A DNA stretch of 64,000 bases. It comes from Callorhinchus milii. Its lineage: Eukaryota. The position numbers were made by a program, and so were the translations under genes. The stretch lies in the NCBI RefSeq assembly GCF_018977255.1, contig NW_024704747.1:27032001-27096000 (forward strand), read 5' to 3'. Numbering within the stretch: position 1 is the first letter of the stretch; each line of letters opens with the position of its first letter. The notes under the pieces were generated by a model, which searched no databases, was not told where the DNA came from, and saw only the letters and a list, made by a program, of their open reading frames with translations. Below, piece by piece: positions 44,660 through 57,019 of the stretch.

Positions 44660-45460
44660 AAATCAAATATTTCTTTCTGAAGCAAAGACAGGACCAGTTA
44701 TCGTTATAAAGTCCTATCCTTATTCCATTGTTTTAATGTTCTTTTGAAGGTGGAGTGCCAACATTGCAGAGTATTCCAAGTGTGGTTTTACCATTGAGAG
44801 GTTCAAATAATCAGCTTTGATTTAAATCCGACACACAACCCAAGGGTGGTTTAGTTTAATGGTCAGATGCATTTCCTTTACAACCTTTGATAACTGAGAA
44901 CTTATTCATTGTGAACTAACATTTCATGTGTTACTGCCAACTGTGTGCATCACATTTATCCATAATAAATTTCATCTGCTTGGTTTGTCCATATCTCTTT
45001 GAATTATATAAATCTTTCACATGGCACATGATATAATTTATCACCATTTATAATATTACCTCGTCACACGTTTCACAAATTAATAAACAGTAGAAGATTC
45101 TGCATGGACTGCAGAATTTTACTAGTATGTGCTCAGCTCTTCCATTTATCATTACCTTTCACTTCATATTATCAAGCCCATTTTCAACCTGAACATCTAA
45201 TAATTTGGAATTCTCTAAACATTTAGAAGCTGCAGTAGATTTGAAAGGCATATCATCTACTCATTCTAAACCCAATCTGACTGCTTCTTGTGGCCTCATA
45301 TTCCTGAGATGAGCATTTGTTCACCACTAGAATAACCATTAACCATTTTCTTGATTCCGCTCACTAGTTTTTGAATAATAGGATTTCACTCACCATTCTC
45401 CAGTTTCAGGTACTGTTTATAGATCTTAAAATTGATCAAAGACATTTTCAATCAATCCAA
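44660..45460 (-). mobile_element. Highly degraded CR1-type LINE ORF2 remnant between the KLHL41 and FASTKD1 3' ends
   Basis: Minus strand near 44750-44800 reads (M)VKPHLEYSA, like the CR1 LVRPHLEYC motif; boundaries approximate. Confidence 0.45.
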
Positions 45461-45707
45461 AATACTGTATATTGATTGATAACCCAACTTTTCCCTATAT
45501 GTGCAAAATGAAAATTTCATGTAGATTTTCCACTACCTTGCTGATAATTCAGAAGGTAACATTTTGGTGCAATAACCTTAAAAAAATAAAAATGGCAAAG
45601 ATATATGATGGATACAGTTCCAATATAAATGCTCTTTATCAAAAATATTTTCCGCAATAATTATACACATTATCATATGGTTATCTGTCAAACTTTGATT
45701 CATACTT

Positions 45708-48700
45708 TCAGGATTCTTCTGCGAATATCTTCTTTCGGAGGTATTCCATCCAGGCTTCTTTTGTTGACAATTCCATTGAATTCCATTCAAAATGAGGAAT
45801 CTGCAACGAAATCAGAGAACAAATTGAAAAACAACAAAGGGAAAGGTGGATAATTCAACACCTTGCCCCAAAACGTTAAATACAAAGGAAGAACTCAGGT
45901 CTCAGTTTAAAATTAAAATTAAGGCATCAACGGTGACAGTTATAGTCCATATACATTGTTTAGTGCACAATATCATCATACACAGAAACAGGATTAGGCC
46001 ATTCAGCCCCTCAAGCCTGTTCTGCCATTCTACAAGATCATGGCTGATCTGTTCCTCAAGTCCAATTACCCGCTCTTGCCCCATACCCCTTAATACCCTG
46101 ACCTAACAAATAGCTATCAAAATGTTTGTTAAAATTCCTTCTTATTCCTTTAAAATCTATCGCTACTTCCATTGGCAAGATTTTCATTAGTGATGGAATT
46201 TATCTAGTTTTTCCTCTTGGGCATTTCTTCCAAATATACCTGCACAACATGATACCCCAAAATCTCCAAATGCCGCTTTTTCATCACTTCTTTTCCCTTC
46301 ATGTGTTGAGAGTTTTTGCAGAAAGCTTTGGAGTCGAGAAATTCTATAGCAACCCTGTAGGAATAACAAAATCTTTGTTAATTTTGGGTCATCAAGTAAT
46401 TCTACCGGTATCAGATCTTCTGCAGAGATGTAAATGAACAGCCAACACATTTAGCTATTTGTATCCATATTTAACTCATTTTCATCTCGTCTCATTTTAT
46501 TCATAACTGCTAAGCAATACTCCTCCTTCTAGCAGGTCTGGTACAGAGATTTGGTTTCCTCTGGGATTATATGGCTTAATTGGCTAACATTAAACACAGA
46601 TTAGTGTAGAGAGACTATTTTGCAGAGAATACCTTACTTTTAAAACTTTTTGGGCAACTGTGATTTGGGACCACGGTACCTGGGTTTAAATCTCAGTAGA
46701 TCAACCCAGCAATTATATAGGCTTTGATTTTCAGGGATAATTCAAACAGTAGTAATAGATATTTTTGTAAACGTTTTGAGGAAACCTGCTATAACTGACT
46801 TTGCCACTCTGTACAAACCTCTGTGCTCCTGGTGGTAACTCAGTTTCACCAGTCAACTGGTTGTGTGATCCCCAAAGCATTCTCCCATCTTTAGGAATGA
46901 GCAGAGTGTCCCGATCCACGTAGGGAAGAGGCTTGTTGTGTTTGTCAAGGACGCATTCCCAACCTGCAAAAAATGATAATCAATTACTCATTTTAGGCAA
47001 TACAGGTGCATTGAGAACAGATTTTTGGTGACATTGTGTCATGGCAGTTCATCTGTGAGCTGGACAAAAAGCCAAACTTTTTTTTAGAGGCCTGGCATGA
47101 ATCATAATTGAGCTCCAGTTATGGTTCCTGTTTAGAGTATTAATTGGGGCCATTTATCTACGTAAATAATTTTCCCTTTACATGGATCCTCATGAGCCAG
47201 AAGATGCAAATGAATCACAAACATAAAGTTTATCATTGGATTTCCAAAGATAAGAAATTGTTTAATGAAACACTTAACTTATCCTTCCATCAAAGAAATG
47301 TGATAACATACCGGACACAGCAAAGCACCACACAACATACCTATGGAATAGTAATAGGGGGTGATCACAGAGCTCCTGGCGTAGTTAATTCCTCCGAGTA
47401 TATCCCCTAATATCTTGTGGATCTGCTGTTGAATTGGACTGGCATAGCTGTTTCCTTCAAGAGAGATACAATTGAAATTTCATAAAAAGCAGTGTTCGGA
47501 ATCACACTTAAAATACACGTAGTGAGCTGTTAGTCACAAAGAGATATTTTCCACATTACCTATAGCTTCAATATGATTTAACTAACTGAAACAAGAAAAG
47601 TCAAAAACAGAGAGAACTTGGAACAATGAAAATGGAACTTAAGAAAAGATGTGTAGAGCATTACATATTAAAGATATAAAATATAATTCTATATCAACAC
47701 ATCAAGTAGCCTTCAACAGCTGAACACTGGACTCTATTCAAAAGGGCCGAAATTTGTCATCCATTAAATAGCATGGAGAAAATAAATAATTGAAAGAGGT
47801 ATTAATTGGGGCCGCACTCACAAGCCTTCAAATGACTGATTACGGATTAGCTTTTCAGAATAAAATGCTCACTTTATTGTCTTCTTCCATAGCTTGGCAA
47901 CAAAGGTGCCCAAAGCAAGGCACTGAAAAAGCCACCTTTGTGACATTCAAGCCGTGTATGTTAATGGCAGGATTGACTGCACAGCCGTAACAAACTCACA
48001 TTCCAATACTGACCCAGTTTAGAGAGAGATATTGGAAGCAAAAGTCGCAGAGAAATCAAGTGGCTATTTTTCCTTCCCTTCCAGGAAAAGAGATGCAGTG
48101 AACAGCTGTTAGAAAGGAGGAACAATGGAGCAAACGAAAGGGGATATAAAACGGTAAAAAAAAAGACAGCACTAACCTTTACTTAGAAACTGTTGGCAAT
48201 AACGGCCATGGAACCAAGGGGTCTGGAATTCAGGACATTCCAAACATACAGCTCTGTTCAGCTCCATTAGGCGTAACCGGATTCGCATGTTCAGAGCATC
48301 AGACAGTGCTAGTATAGAAGTCAGGTTATTTTTAGTGGGTTAGAATGAACTCCACCATTTAATGTACACACCAAAATACCTTTGAAATGTTATTCTGAAA
48401 ACAAATACAAGCAAACAATTGAAAAGTGTTGTCTATAATTAGTATGGATAACTAGCAAATATCCTTACTGTCAGCTGCCCGTAAAATAAGCATCAACTAA
48501 CTCAAAAATAAAAACATAACAACTTTAGGTTTTACCTGGATTAAAAATCTACACTAGTTTTCCTTTTGGAAAAAAAACAAAATACTAATTTTATTTCTTA
48601 ACAAGTAGGAGCGTTACCCATTTTATTTGACAATAACTAGGAGAGGTTCAATATTCTGGTTTAAATGCATACAATTCCCTTACTCTCAAGCTGTGCGTCC

Positions 48701-51700
48701 AGTTTAATGAGGAAATCCACACTGAAAATGGTCTGAATTAGATCGTCTGGAAAGTAATCTGCAAGAGCCAACGCGTAGCCAAGTAGCACCAAAAGATGTG
48801 GGTTGAATGAACCTGAGTGGGTGAAAACAAACAACAATGAGTACAGAATATTTCAAAGATTATATTTCAGGCAAAAATATTTCAGATTTGCAAAAATATT
48901 TTATATTTTAAGCTAATAAAACGAATAATTTTAATAAGCAAAATGTTCTGTATCTTTAAACTTAAGTTTATTTGTCATTGCTCATCACTACACACTACCA
49001 ATATTAACGTTATACACACACACTAATCAATACAAATGTTAAAAGAAGACACTTATATTACTTCTGATTAAAGAATAAAAAATGCAGAAGGAACACTTTA
49101 ATATCTAGGCTTTAATATCTAATTGTGAAAAACACCATGCAAACGTATTAGGAGGAACAGCCAAATTTACTAACTACCTTTCAGTCAGTTACACATCAGA
49201 CCTCATAGCCCAGTTCAAACCTCTAATTATACTTATGAAGATGGGCCAAATAACTACAAAGGATTTCAAAAAGAAATTGTTCAGAGTTTCTGTAAATTAA
49301 AACAATTCAGGCTTCTTGGATGATGAGATAGATGTGTTGAATAAATCTTGGAAACTTGACAGATAGAGCAATGATGTATATCAGTCTGAAATTTACTGTT
49401 CGTGCTTGAGCACAGTTTAAGCAATAGTGTGATAGGCTATTAAAGTTATGAAACTATTGCTATTAAATTACCGAGGACATTTATTTTCTTGCTTCTTACT
49501 CGAGTTTCTATAGTTCTGTATAGTAACTATGTTTTTAAGCTTTAAATTCAATAAATTTACCTTTTGCAGGACCTCAAAATGGTGGAACTCTTTACCTCAC
49601 TCAGTCTTCCCTTCTTTTTACAATCTACAAGCTTTTAAAAACAAACTTGGTGTCACCTAACCACTATCTCGTCTCCTCTCCTACTCTTTTCAACCTTGGC
49701 GATGTCCTTTACTTAGCCCTTCACCTGGGTTTCCCAATGAAAATAAATTTATAAACAAAATGTTAACATTCTTCATCACGTTGTTCTTTAAGTCATATAA
49801 TGCCAGTCATTAACTTGTGGGATGAAAACCATAGTTTTCAAAACCAAATTTGCAATCCATATAATAATCTGCTTTGGCTCCTGGCAAGTCTAGCATTTAT
49901 CCGAGGCACCATTTTGTAATTTCATAAAAATATTCACACATGGAGAAAAAGTCTCAGCATTTATTTGTGTCCCAGAATACAAGAGATCAATTGCTAAAAA
50001 AAGTCACATTTTACAGAAAATTCTGTGAAGAGTTTGGACACATCCTCTCGACATAAAGGTGTTATATCAAATGCAAGGATTGTTATGAATAATAGTGGAT
50101 GAGCCACTCTAACAATCTTTAGTATAATACTCACTTAAATGAGGCTTGAAATGCTCTATACAGCATTCAAAGAAATCTTCACTTTTCGGAGGATCATGAT
50201 TCAGAATTGTAAAAGGGAGCAGGATGGCATATGTAGCTGAATAATGGATCTAAAATTGTTGAATAACAAAAACAATCACCACCATATTTTTGTTGATAAG
50301 AGCACTGAATTGTTTTGGTCACAAATCTGTTGCATAAATTGGCCAAAAAACGAGATTTCATTTGGTTCTGCTTTACCTCTGGAAACTAATTACTGCAATA
50401 CTCAGAATCAGAACACATAACTATTATTAATTTATCTATAGTAGCATCATGTCTGACCACGTTCTCACATGGCGTTTTGACATGAGTCACCGGGCAATAG
50501 TTTGGAGCAGTCGTCAAATATAATAGCACAGATCAATAATTTCTATGATTTCCTAATATGTCTTGTGGAATGCCCAAGAGACAGATTTTCTATAGATATG
50601 AAAAAACTTTCAAAGCTGCCTTTGTATCTCAGTGGTTGAGAGGATCCGCGGAATACATAACATAGCTTGGCAACTGCATGGTTAGGCTCTACATGTAGGT
50701 TCTCTCAGCTGCAGTTAAAGAATGTCTCGGTGAGTCCAAGGGTAAATTCAAGGGAGCAGGGATGGCCCCTCAACTTTTACAACCATAACATGACCTTTGT
50801 AAATACAAGGCAATGCAATAAAAGGGGATTTTTTAGGACGATATTATAATAAACCATGCTCTCTAAGCCAAACCAGTGTAGATACCCCGTATTATAGGTA
50901 GACTTATGTAAAATTCCTGTAATCTGTGAACATTTTTGTAAACATCCTTGAACACATAACAAAAATAAGCACAAATCAAACCTACACCAATAAACGACAG
51001 CAGAGGGCAGTGTAATCTACCCATTTTGCCTAATTTGATGGAAATGTTGAAGTAGATTTGCATTAAAAATAATAGAACACTTCCTCTCTGCAACTGTAGT
51101 TTAATTCCAGGGCATGGGGAAATTGAATAAATTCAATAGCTCATATGTATGCCTAAACAAAACGAGCAACTGCGCTCTATTTTCTGGCAGATATAAGCTT
51201 GTTTTCAAATTAGCAATCCAAGAAACAATAAAGCAGTTTTTTTTTCCCCCCATACAACAAGCAGAATAAAACTTGATTTCAGTTACGCTTTAACACCGCT
51301 TTATAGTGCATGTGGTAGACTAGCAAAACAAACGAGGCAGTTTTTTTCGGTGAGGTACTCAGTCATTGAGTGACAATGAATCAGGTTTCATTCTCCACCC
51401 AACTGGGCTCCATGCTTAGCAGAAGTGAAAGAGAGAGGTTGTTTCTCCTAGCGTGTGGGGGAGCAGGGGAAAGGGGAGAGAGAGCAAGGCCAACATGCTC
51501 AATTAGACACATGTAACAAAGCCGCAATGGCAGAGGCCAAAAACACTGCCTGTTCAATTGGAGTATCAGAGTGCTTATGAAGAAATGCAAGTTAAAAGCT
51601 TTCTTCGTATATACATTTTTTCTTAAAAACGTACCTTATTTATATGTTCAAGTGTGACAGATGCTATTCGATCAAGCAGAGTTGTGTGCAGGCAGTTTGT

Positions 51701-54700
51701 TTTGGTTAGAAATAAGGCAAATTCAGGCACGTTAGACCAAGTCAACTGATCAATCAATCGTTCAAATGTAGCCATCGTCTTAGCCGCAAGTACTTCTTCA
51801 AACCATTCTCCAGAGATGTATTTTAGCTCCTCCAGCAGAAGATTCACACTGTCTGCCTTTTGCAGTCTCTCCAAACCACACTCATTTAGCTTTTGTAGTA
51901 ACTTCACATACCCTTCTGCCATATCTTGACGGGATGAAGAATCATTTCGCATCCATTTAGTGATGGCAATGGCAAATGAGTTCAAATCACTTAAGTTACA
52001 CTGGGGCAAGACTGCATCAATACGTGCAGGAATTAAGTTATCCATTCGTGGGGAGGGCAGCAGGGAGAGAACACGAGTTAACATGGATACTTCATATGGG
52101 ATGACACTGATCTGAAGGTAACTGAGGGGGAAAAAAAAAACTGAAGTTACAAACGTATTGGAATTTATTCTACAGGTAATTTTGTACTGATTTAACCGGC
52201 ATAATTTCATAACTTAAAACTATTGTTTCTGCTGTATTTCAAGATTGGAACCAAGTACTATTTGTAACTTCTCTGTTAACTTTACCTGACTAATATACGT
52301 CTTAGTTTGAAGTACAGCTCTGGATTCTGACAATGAAGAAAAACCAATGCTTGCGCAATTCTTGAAATATCCACTGGTTTGTATAGATGCAAATGTTCAA
52401 TTAAATTTGATGCAACTCTAAGGAAAAGATAGAGAAAATAAATGAGCCATATTTTTCTTATTAACAGCTATTATTGCCTGTACGACATGTTACATCAATA
52501 TCCGCCACATTCAAATCATTATTTTTCCTGCCAGCAACAGAACAAAAATGCACTTACTTTTGAATTAATTGTGGATTCCTGCATTCCATCTCTTCCATTG
52601 TCTCCACCACTGCAAGTGCCTGTGTAGGGCTAAATTCTTTAGCCATCAGCAAGGCATCAGCTTCTAGTCTAGGTGGGAAAGCAAATGTCCTGATATTTTG
52701 TGCAATAAAACCTTGTATAATTCAGGCATATATCTGGGATATTTTATGCATCAAAGCAAACTTTTTGAATTAAAATTAATTAGTTCTAAATGACATTATA
52801 TCAAGCAATTTAAAAACATTTTATATAACTTGCTTTTTACAGAGCAGCTTCCACATGTAAAAAAAACGTGAAATGCGTTACAAAATATAATTGATTTAGA
52901 GATGAAGTGAATGTTCCAATGTAGGCTAATCTATGCCCACAATGTCCTTGGATCAAAACGTATTATCACAAATCTTTGAAACAGCAATAGGAGGGCCATT
53001 TGATTTTTTTTTAAAAAAATTGTTGTATTTAATTGTCAAATGCTATTTATACTTCTCATTCATTTTCACGGTATTTAATTTTGTTAATTTTTTTGTTGCA
53101 GAAAACCAAATATCTGAACATTTGCATTTTTTAAAAATGCCAGAAAAATGTCACAAATCTTCAGGCTTTTCTTACACAGAGAGATACTGTATCCGTGTAT
53201 CAGTTTAACAACAAAAAAGGTATTCAGATCATATAATCGCATCTAAAAAAAAAGACTTGTACCTTTCTCTCACCTCTGGCCCTGCCAAAGGACCGAGTGC
53301 TGCAAACAGCCTGGTAAAGCTGACAGGATCAGGACACAAGTCCAACAGTTCAGTGAGTCTCTGTTTAGCAGCTAACCGGAAATCACAATTGTTAAAATGC
53401 AACGATTGGTACACTCCGAGGATTATGCTTATATTGTCCACATCCATCTGATGCATGTTCTGTAGAAAAACCTTGTTGCACTTTTCTAGCAAAATGCGAT
53501 AACCAAACTTGATGTTGCGCAGAAATTGTATCATTCTGCGTGAATGGTTAAATTGTGCTGGATCTGTGGTGTCCATTAGCGATGTTGCCTTTTCTATCAG
53601 ACGATCTCGAAGGCACGTGGAGATGACACTGGTAACACTCACCATTAATGATGAAAGTATCCTATTTAAAAAATGGACACAAAAGGGTCAAACCATTGTG
53701 TATAATGCCACTTCATAAGACAATACAGTATACATTTTGAATCATAAATAATTTCCACACAGCAAAATTGTGTCATACCAGTTAATTTTGTGAATACAAA
53801 TAGGAATACATTTGAACAAATCATTGTTTTGTAACTGCACTAACAAATAATGGGGGTTGGGGGGTGGAATTCTAGAGAGTTGGTACACAGTAGCTGAAAG
53901 CTCGGCCACCAAAGGTAGGTTGGAGGGAACGCGTAAAGTGCAGCAGCCCTGAATTTACCAAGGAAAGGCAGTGAGTTGAAGAGTGAGGATGCAGGGAGGT
54001 GCATGTGGGCATGATGGGATTTGCAGGCATACGTTTACACAAATAACCTTACCTTGGATCCTGTATAGAATCCAGTTTTCTACTGACAATATCAGCAATT
54101 CTTCCCATTAGAGGACTGAAGTACATGTGTTGCTCAGTCAGACACACAGCGAACTTCGACAAGGTAGCCATACTAAATCTGCCATAACGGAAACAGCAAC
54201 AGTAAAATGTTAGGCATTCCTGTAACCTTCTGGATCTGATTGCAATAGGAAGAACCAATTGAGAAATAGTGCTAGTGGCACCAGTAGTAAGCATCGTTGT
54301 TGCCCCGTCAATGCAGGATCCACTCTACTATGTTGGTGCATCCTAAAGGTTTATTTTTCCAATCCCAGTTAAAATTTTAGGTTCCTCTTCAAAGTCCTCT
54401 CGGAGATGTCTCCTTTCAAAACCTTGTTTTCTCTAATCATTGCTAACACTGCAGATCATTTCTCTAACAGCAGGGGCCAGCCTAGTTGGACTCCTCTGCA
54501 CTGCTTGTCTGGGGCCTGGACAGCCTCCTTATGTGGCAGAAAACAGAACTGAATACAGTACTCCAGGTGCAGCCTGACCAGAGCACTGTATAGGTTAAGT
54601 TTTATTTGGGGATTTGAACTCAACTGATCGGCAATATAACCAGGATGCCGACTGCCTTGTTCATCATCAGTTTCCATCCAGAATATCATTTAGGGCCACA

Positions 54701-55926
54701 CCACATAATCATTAATTTGATCGGAGTAGGATTTTTCCCAGTTCTAACAAACGGACACTTCACTGTATTATGATTACTATTTATTGAAATTTGAAAGTAT
54801 TCGATTATAGTATGTTATTGCAGACTTGTGTCTATCAAACATGACCTTCATCTGATGTACATTGATTCTTTATAAAAATTGCACTTATGTATTTTACTCT
54901 GCGTATTTACTAAATCACGAAGGCAAAGAAAAATTTACCATACTTTTTAAAAGCAATAATAGGAAAACAAAATCTGTAGAATTTACCTTTCAATTCTCCA
55001 CCATGCCTCAACCAGAAGCTCTTGCACCAGGGAATCATGGGGTTCAACATTCAGCCTTTTGGTAAGACACAAATATATTTTGTTACATTAAAAAATTGAA
55101 CCAAAAGTGCAAACGTGCCAAAGCAAATTGTTGATTTCACAGTTGAAAGACTCAAGCTTTTAGGTGTACTTAGAATGTTTTTCTGAAAGTATAAACTTTG
55201 TGCATATATTTTGCTCCATGTGTCCCATAAAAAGCTATCTCAGTCACAAAGCTATTGAATCTCTGCTCTTAACCTTTTCACATTACATAATTCATTCTTT
55301 CTGAAGTCAATTATTTTTATTTAAATAACTAGGGAATTAATCCCCATACCAATTAGTAGCACTACATTTCACCGATTTCAGTTTCAACCAAAATGAGACT
55401 AAACGGTAAACTAATAGCATTTCTTACTGTTCTCTGGAAAGAGACTAAAGACAGGGTTAAGAACATGAAACTGCAATCTGTACACACAAACAAAATAGCA
55501 ATGTTGGTGGTGTAGCAAATGTCCTGCTCCATTTGTAAAACATTGTTGTTTGAAAGCTGCGATTTAAATAATCTTCATTATCAGTAGTTACCTCAGCACA
55601 TTATACAACAGATCCACCAATGTTTCGTCATCCATCGAGTCAATCTTGTTTTCAGCTAATACGCGTAGAACCATAAACTGTGAATGGCCTTTAATGAAAT
55701 CTATAGTCCTCAGCACTTGTGGTCTCTCCTTTTGAAATTGCCAAAGTAGACGTACTGCACATCCCACATGCTTCACAGAAAGTTTGGCTTTGTTCTTTCC
55801 AATGGTATCAAACACTTGGTCCTCATTTGTACAGTTGTCTAAATGGTCCAGCAGGGGATCACTCCCCATAACCCGTGAGTGAAAGAATCTCATAGAGAGA
55901 AAACATATGCGCCTCAAACGAAGCAT
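45708..55926 (-). CDS. FASTKD1: FAST kinase domain-containing protein 1, mitochondrial
   Basis: 14 phase-compatible coding exons: 55926-55592, 55055-54987, 54178-54053, 53661-53263, 52668-52558, 52417-52286, 52121-51635, 50249-50135, 48812-48684, 48308-48177, 47454-47341, 46963-46819, 46354-46240, 45800-45708 = 2502 nt, 833 aa. Arg-rich presequence MLRLRRICFLSMRFFHSR, FAST-type ELNRAVCLECPEF, RAP domain KKRHLEILGYHVVQIPHFEW. Probable non-coding exon 1 with donor at 57410-57415. Confidence 0.93.
45980..46110 (-). mobile_element. CR1-type LINE 3' UTR fragment
   Basis: ggccattcagcccctcaagcctgttctgccattc...gatcatggctgatct, an abundant CR1 3'-end sequence in cartilaginous fishes (from memory). 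Confidence 0.65.
50995..51012 (+). promoter_or_regulatory. Candidate CTCF site in a FASTKD1 intron
   Basis: cgacagcagagggcagtg resembles CCASYAGRKGGCRS; motif match only. Confidence 0.4.
54460..54610 (-). mobile_element. CR1-type LINE ORF2 fragment
   Basis: Translates LYSALVRLHLEYCIQF, the CR1 ORF2 LVRPHLEYC motif. Confidence 0.75.
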
Positions 55927-56680
55927 TTTTGTTTAAAAGTTGCACTATTTTATAAAAACAATATTTAGTTACTATAAATGTGAACTAAGTCATCGTTGTA
56001 GTATACTAAACAATGTCAATCTGTATACTCCATTGAGAGAGACAAATTCATCAAGGACTCGTTTGGATACATTCATTCTTATCTGTAGAGTGAAAAGAAG
56101 AATTGAGTTAGGTAATGACTTATTATTTCACCATTTATTAATTCGTGTGATAATTTGTATAACTGTCATTTAAAAAAAGATTGTATTCAATACCTAATAC
56201 TGATGACCAAAATCAGAGTCCAGCCTAAGTGCAAATAAGCATTTATACAATTATTGCATTAAGTCCATAATAAACATATTACGATTCCACAATTTCAAAC
56301 CAAGTTATGTTAAAACATGACATAAAGGAAAAATGTTTCCCTGAGCCTGTAACTCAGTATTTGGACACCCCCCCCCCCAAAAAAAAAACTTAATTCTCAA
56401 TATTGTGACTTTCAGGTCGACCGGAAAAACGAGGATTATAGCACCAAACGGGGGGACCGAATAAACTTTGTGCTTGCAAAGCGGGGGGGGGGGGGGGGGG
56501 GGCGTGGGACGGACCTTCAGAGAGCAGGGTCAGAGTGGCTGAAACTGGGAGGGGGCCACGAGGCAGACCGGCGCTCGCTGAGCCGAAGGAGGAATTGAAT
56601 AACGCACGGCCTCGACTTTTCGCGTGCGACTGCCGGCGAGGAATATAGCTCCTGGAGATACATTCGTGTCATACATTTGT

Positions 56681-57014
56681 GGAGTCCTGTAGCTCAGTGG
56701 TTAGAGCACTCGCTTTGCGAGTGAGAGATCTGAGTTCAATTCCAGGCAGAGGGCGAAACCTTGGGCAAGTTTCCTTACTCCACACAGAGCCTAATAATAA
56801 TCCTCCAAAACCAAAAACAATAATAAATTGGTCATTTTCAATCTACGACTGTTTGTGGGACATCGCTGTGCGCAATTGGCTGCCGCGTTCGCCCACAAAT
56901 ATACAGTCAATTCACTTTACAGTGTGTTCTGTGAAGCGCTTTGGGACGTCCTCCCGACGTGAAAAGCGCTATATCAAATGCGAGGATTATTATTATTATT
57001 ATTATTATTATTAT
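56681..57014 (+). mobile_element. Full-length tRNA-derived SINE (young family)
   Basis: A box TAGCTCAGTGG (56690-56700), B box GAGTTCAATTCC (56732-56743), body tgtttgtgggaca..gctgtgcgcaattggctgccgcgtt, tail gggacgtcctcccgacgtgaaa.gcgc shared with the L2 at 5103-5735, (TAT)n end. Confidence 0.92.
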
Positions 57015-57019
57015 CGGCG

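Noticed and set aside
56681-56755. tRNA-like sequence with A and B boxes (also near 7660-7736, 18047-18115, 62125-62199)
   Set aside because: It is the head of a SINE, joined to a repeat body and tail; not a tRNA gene.
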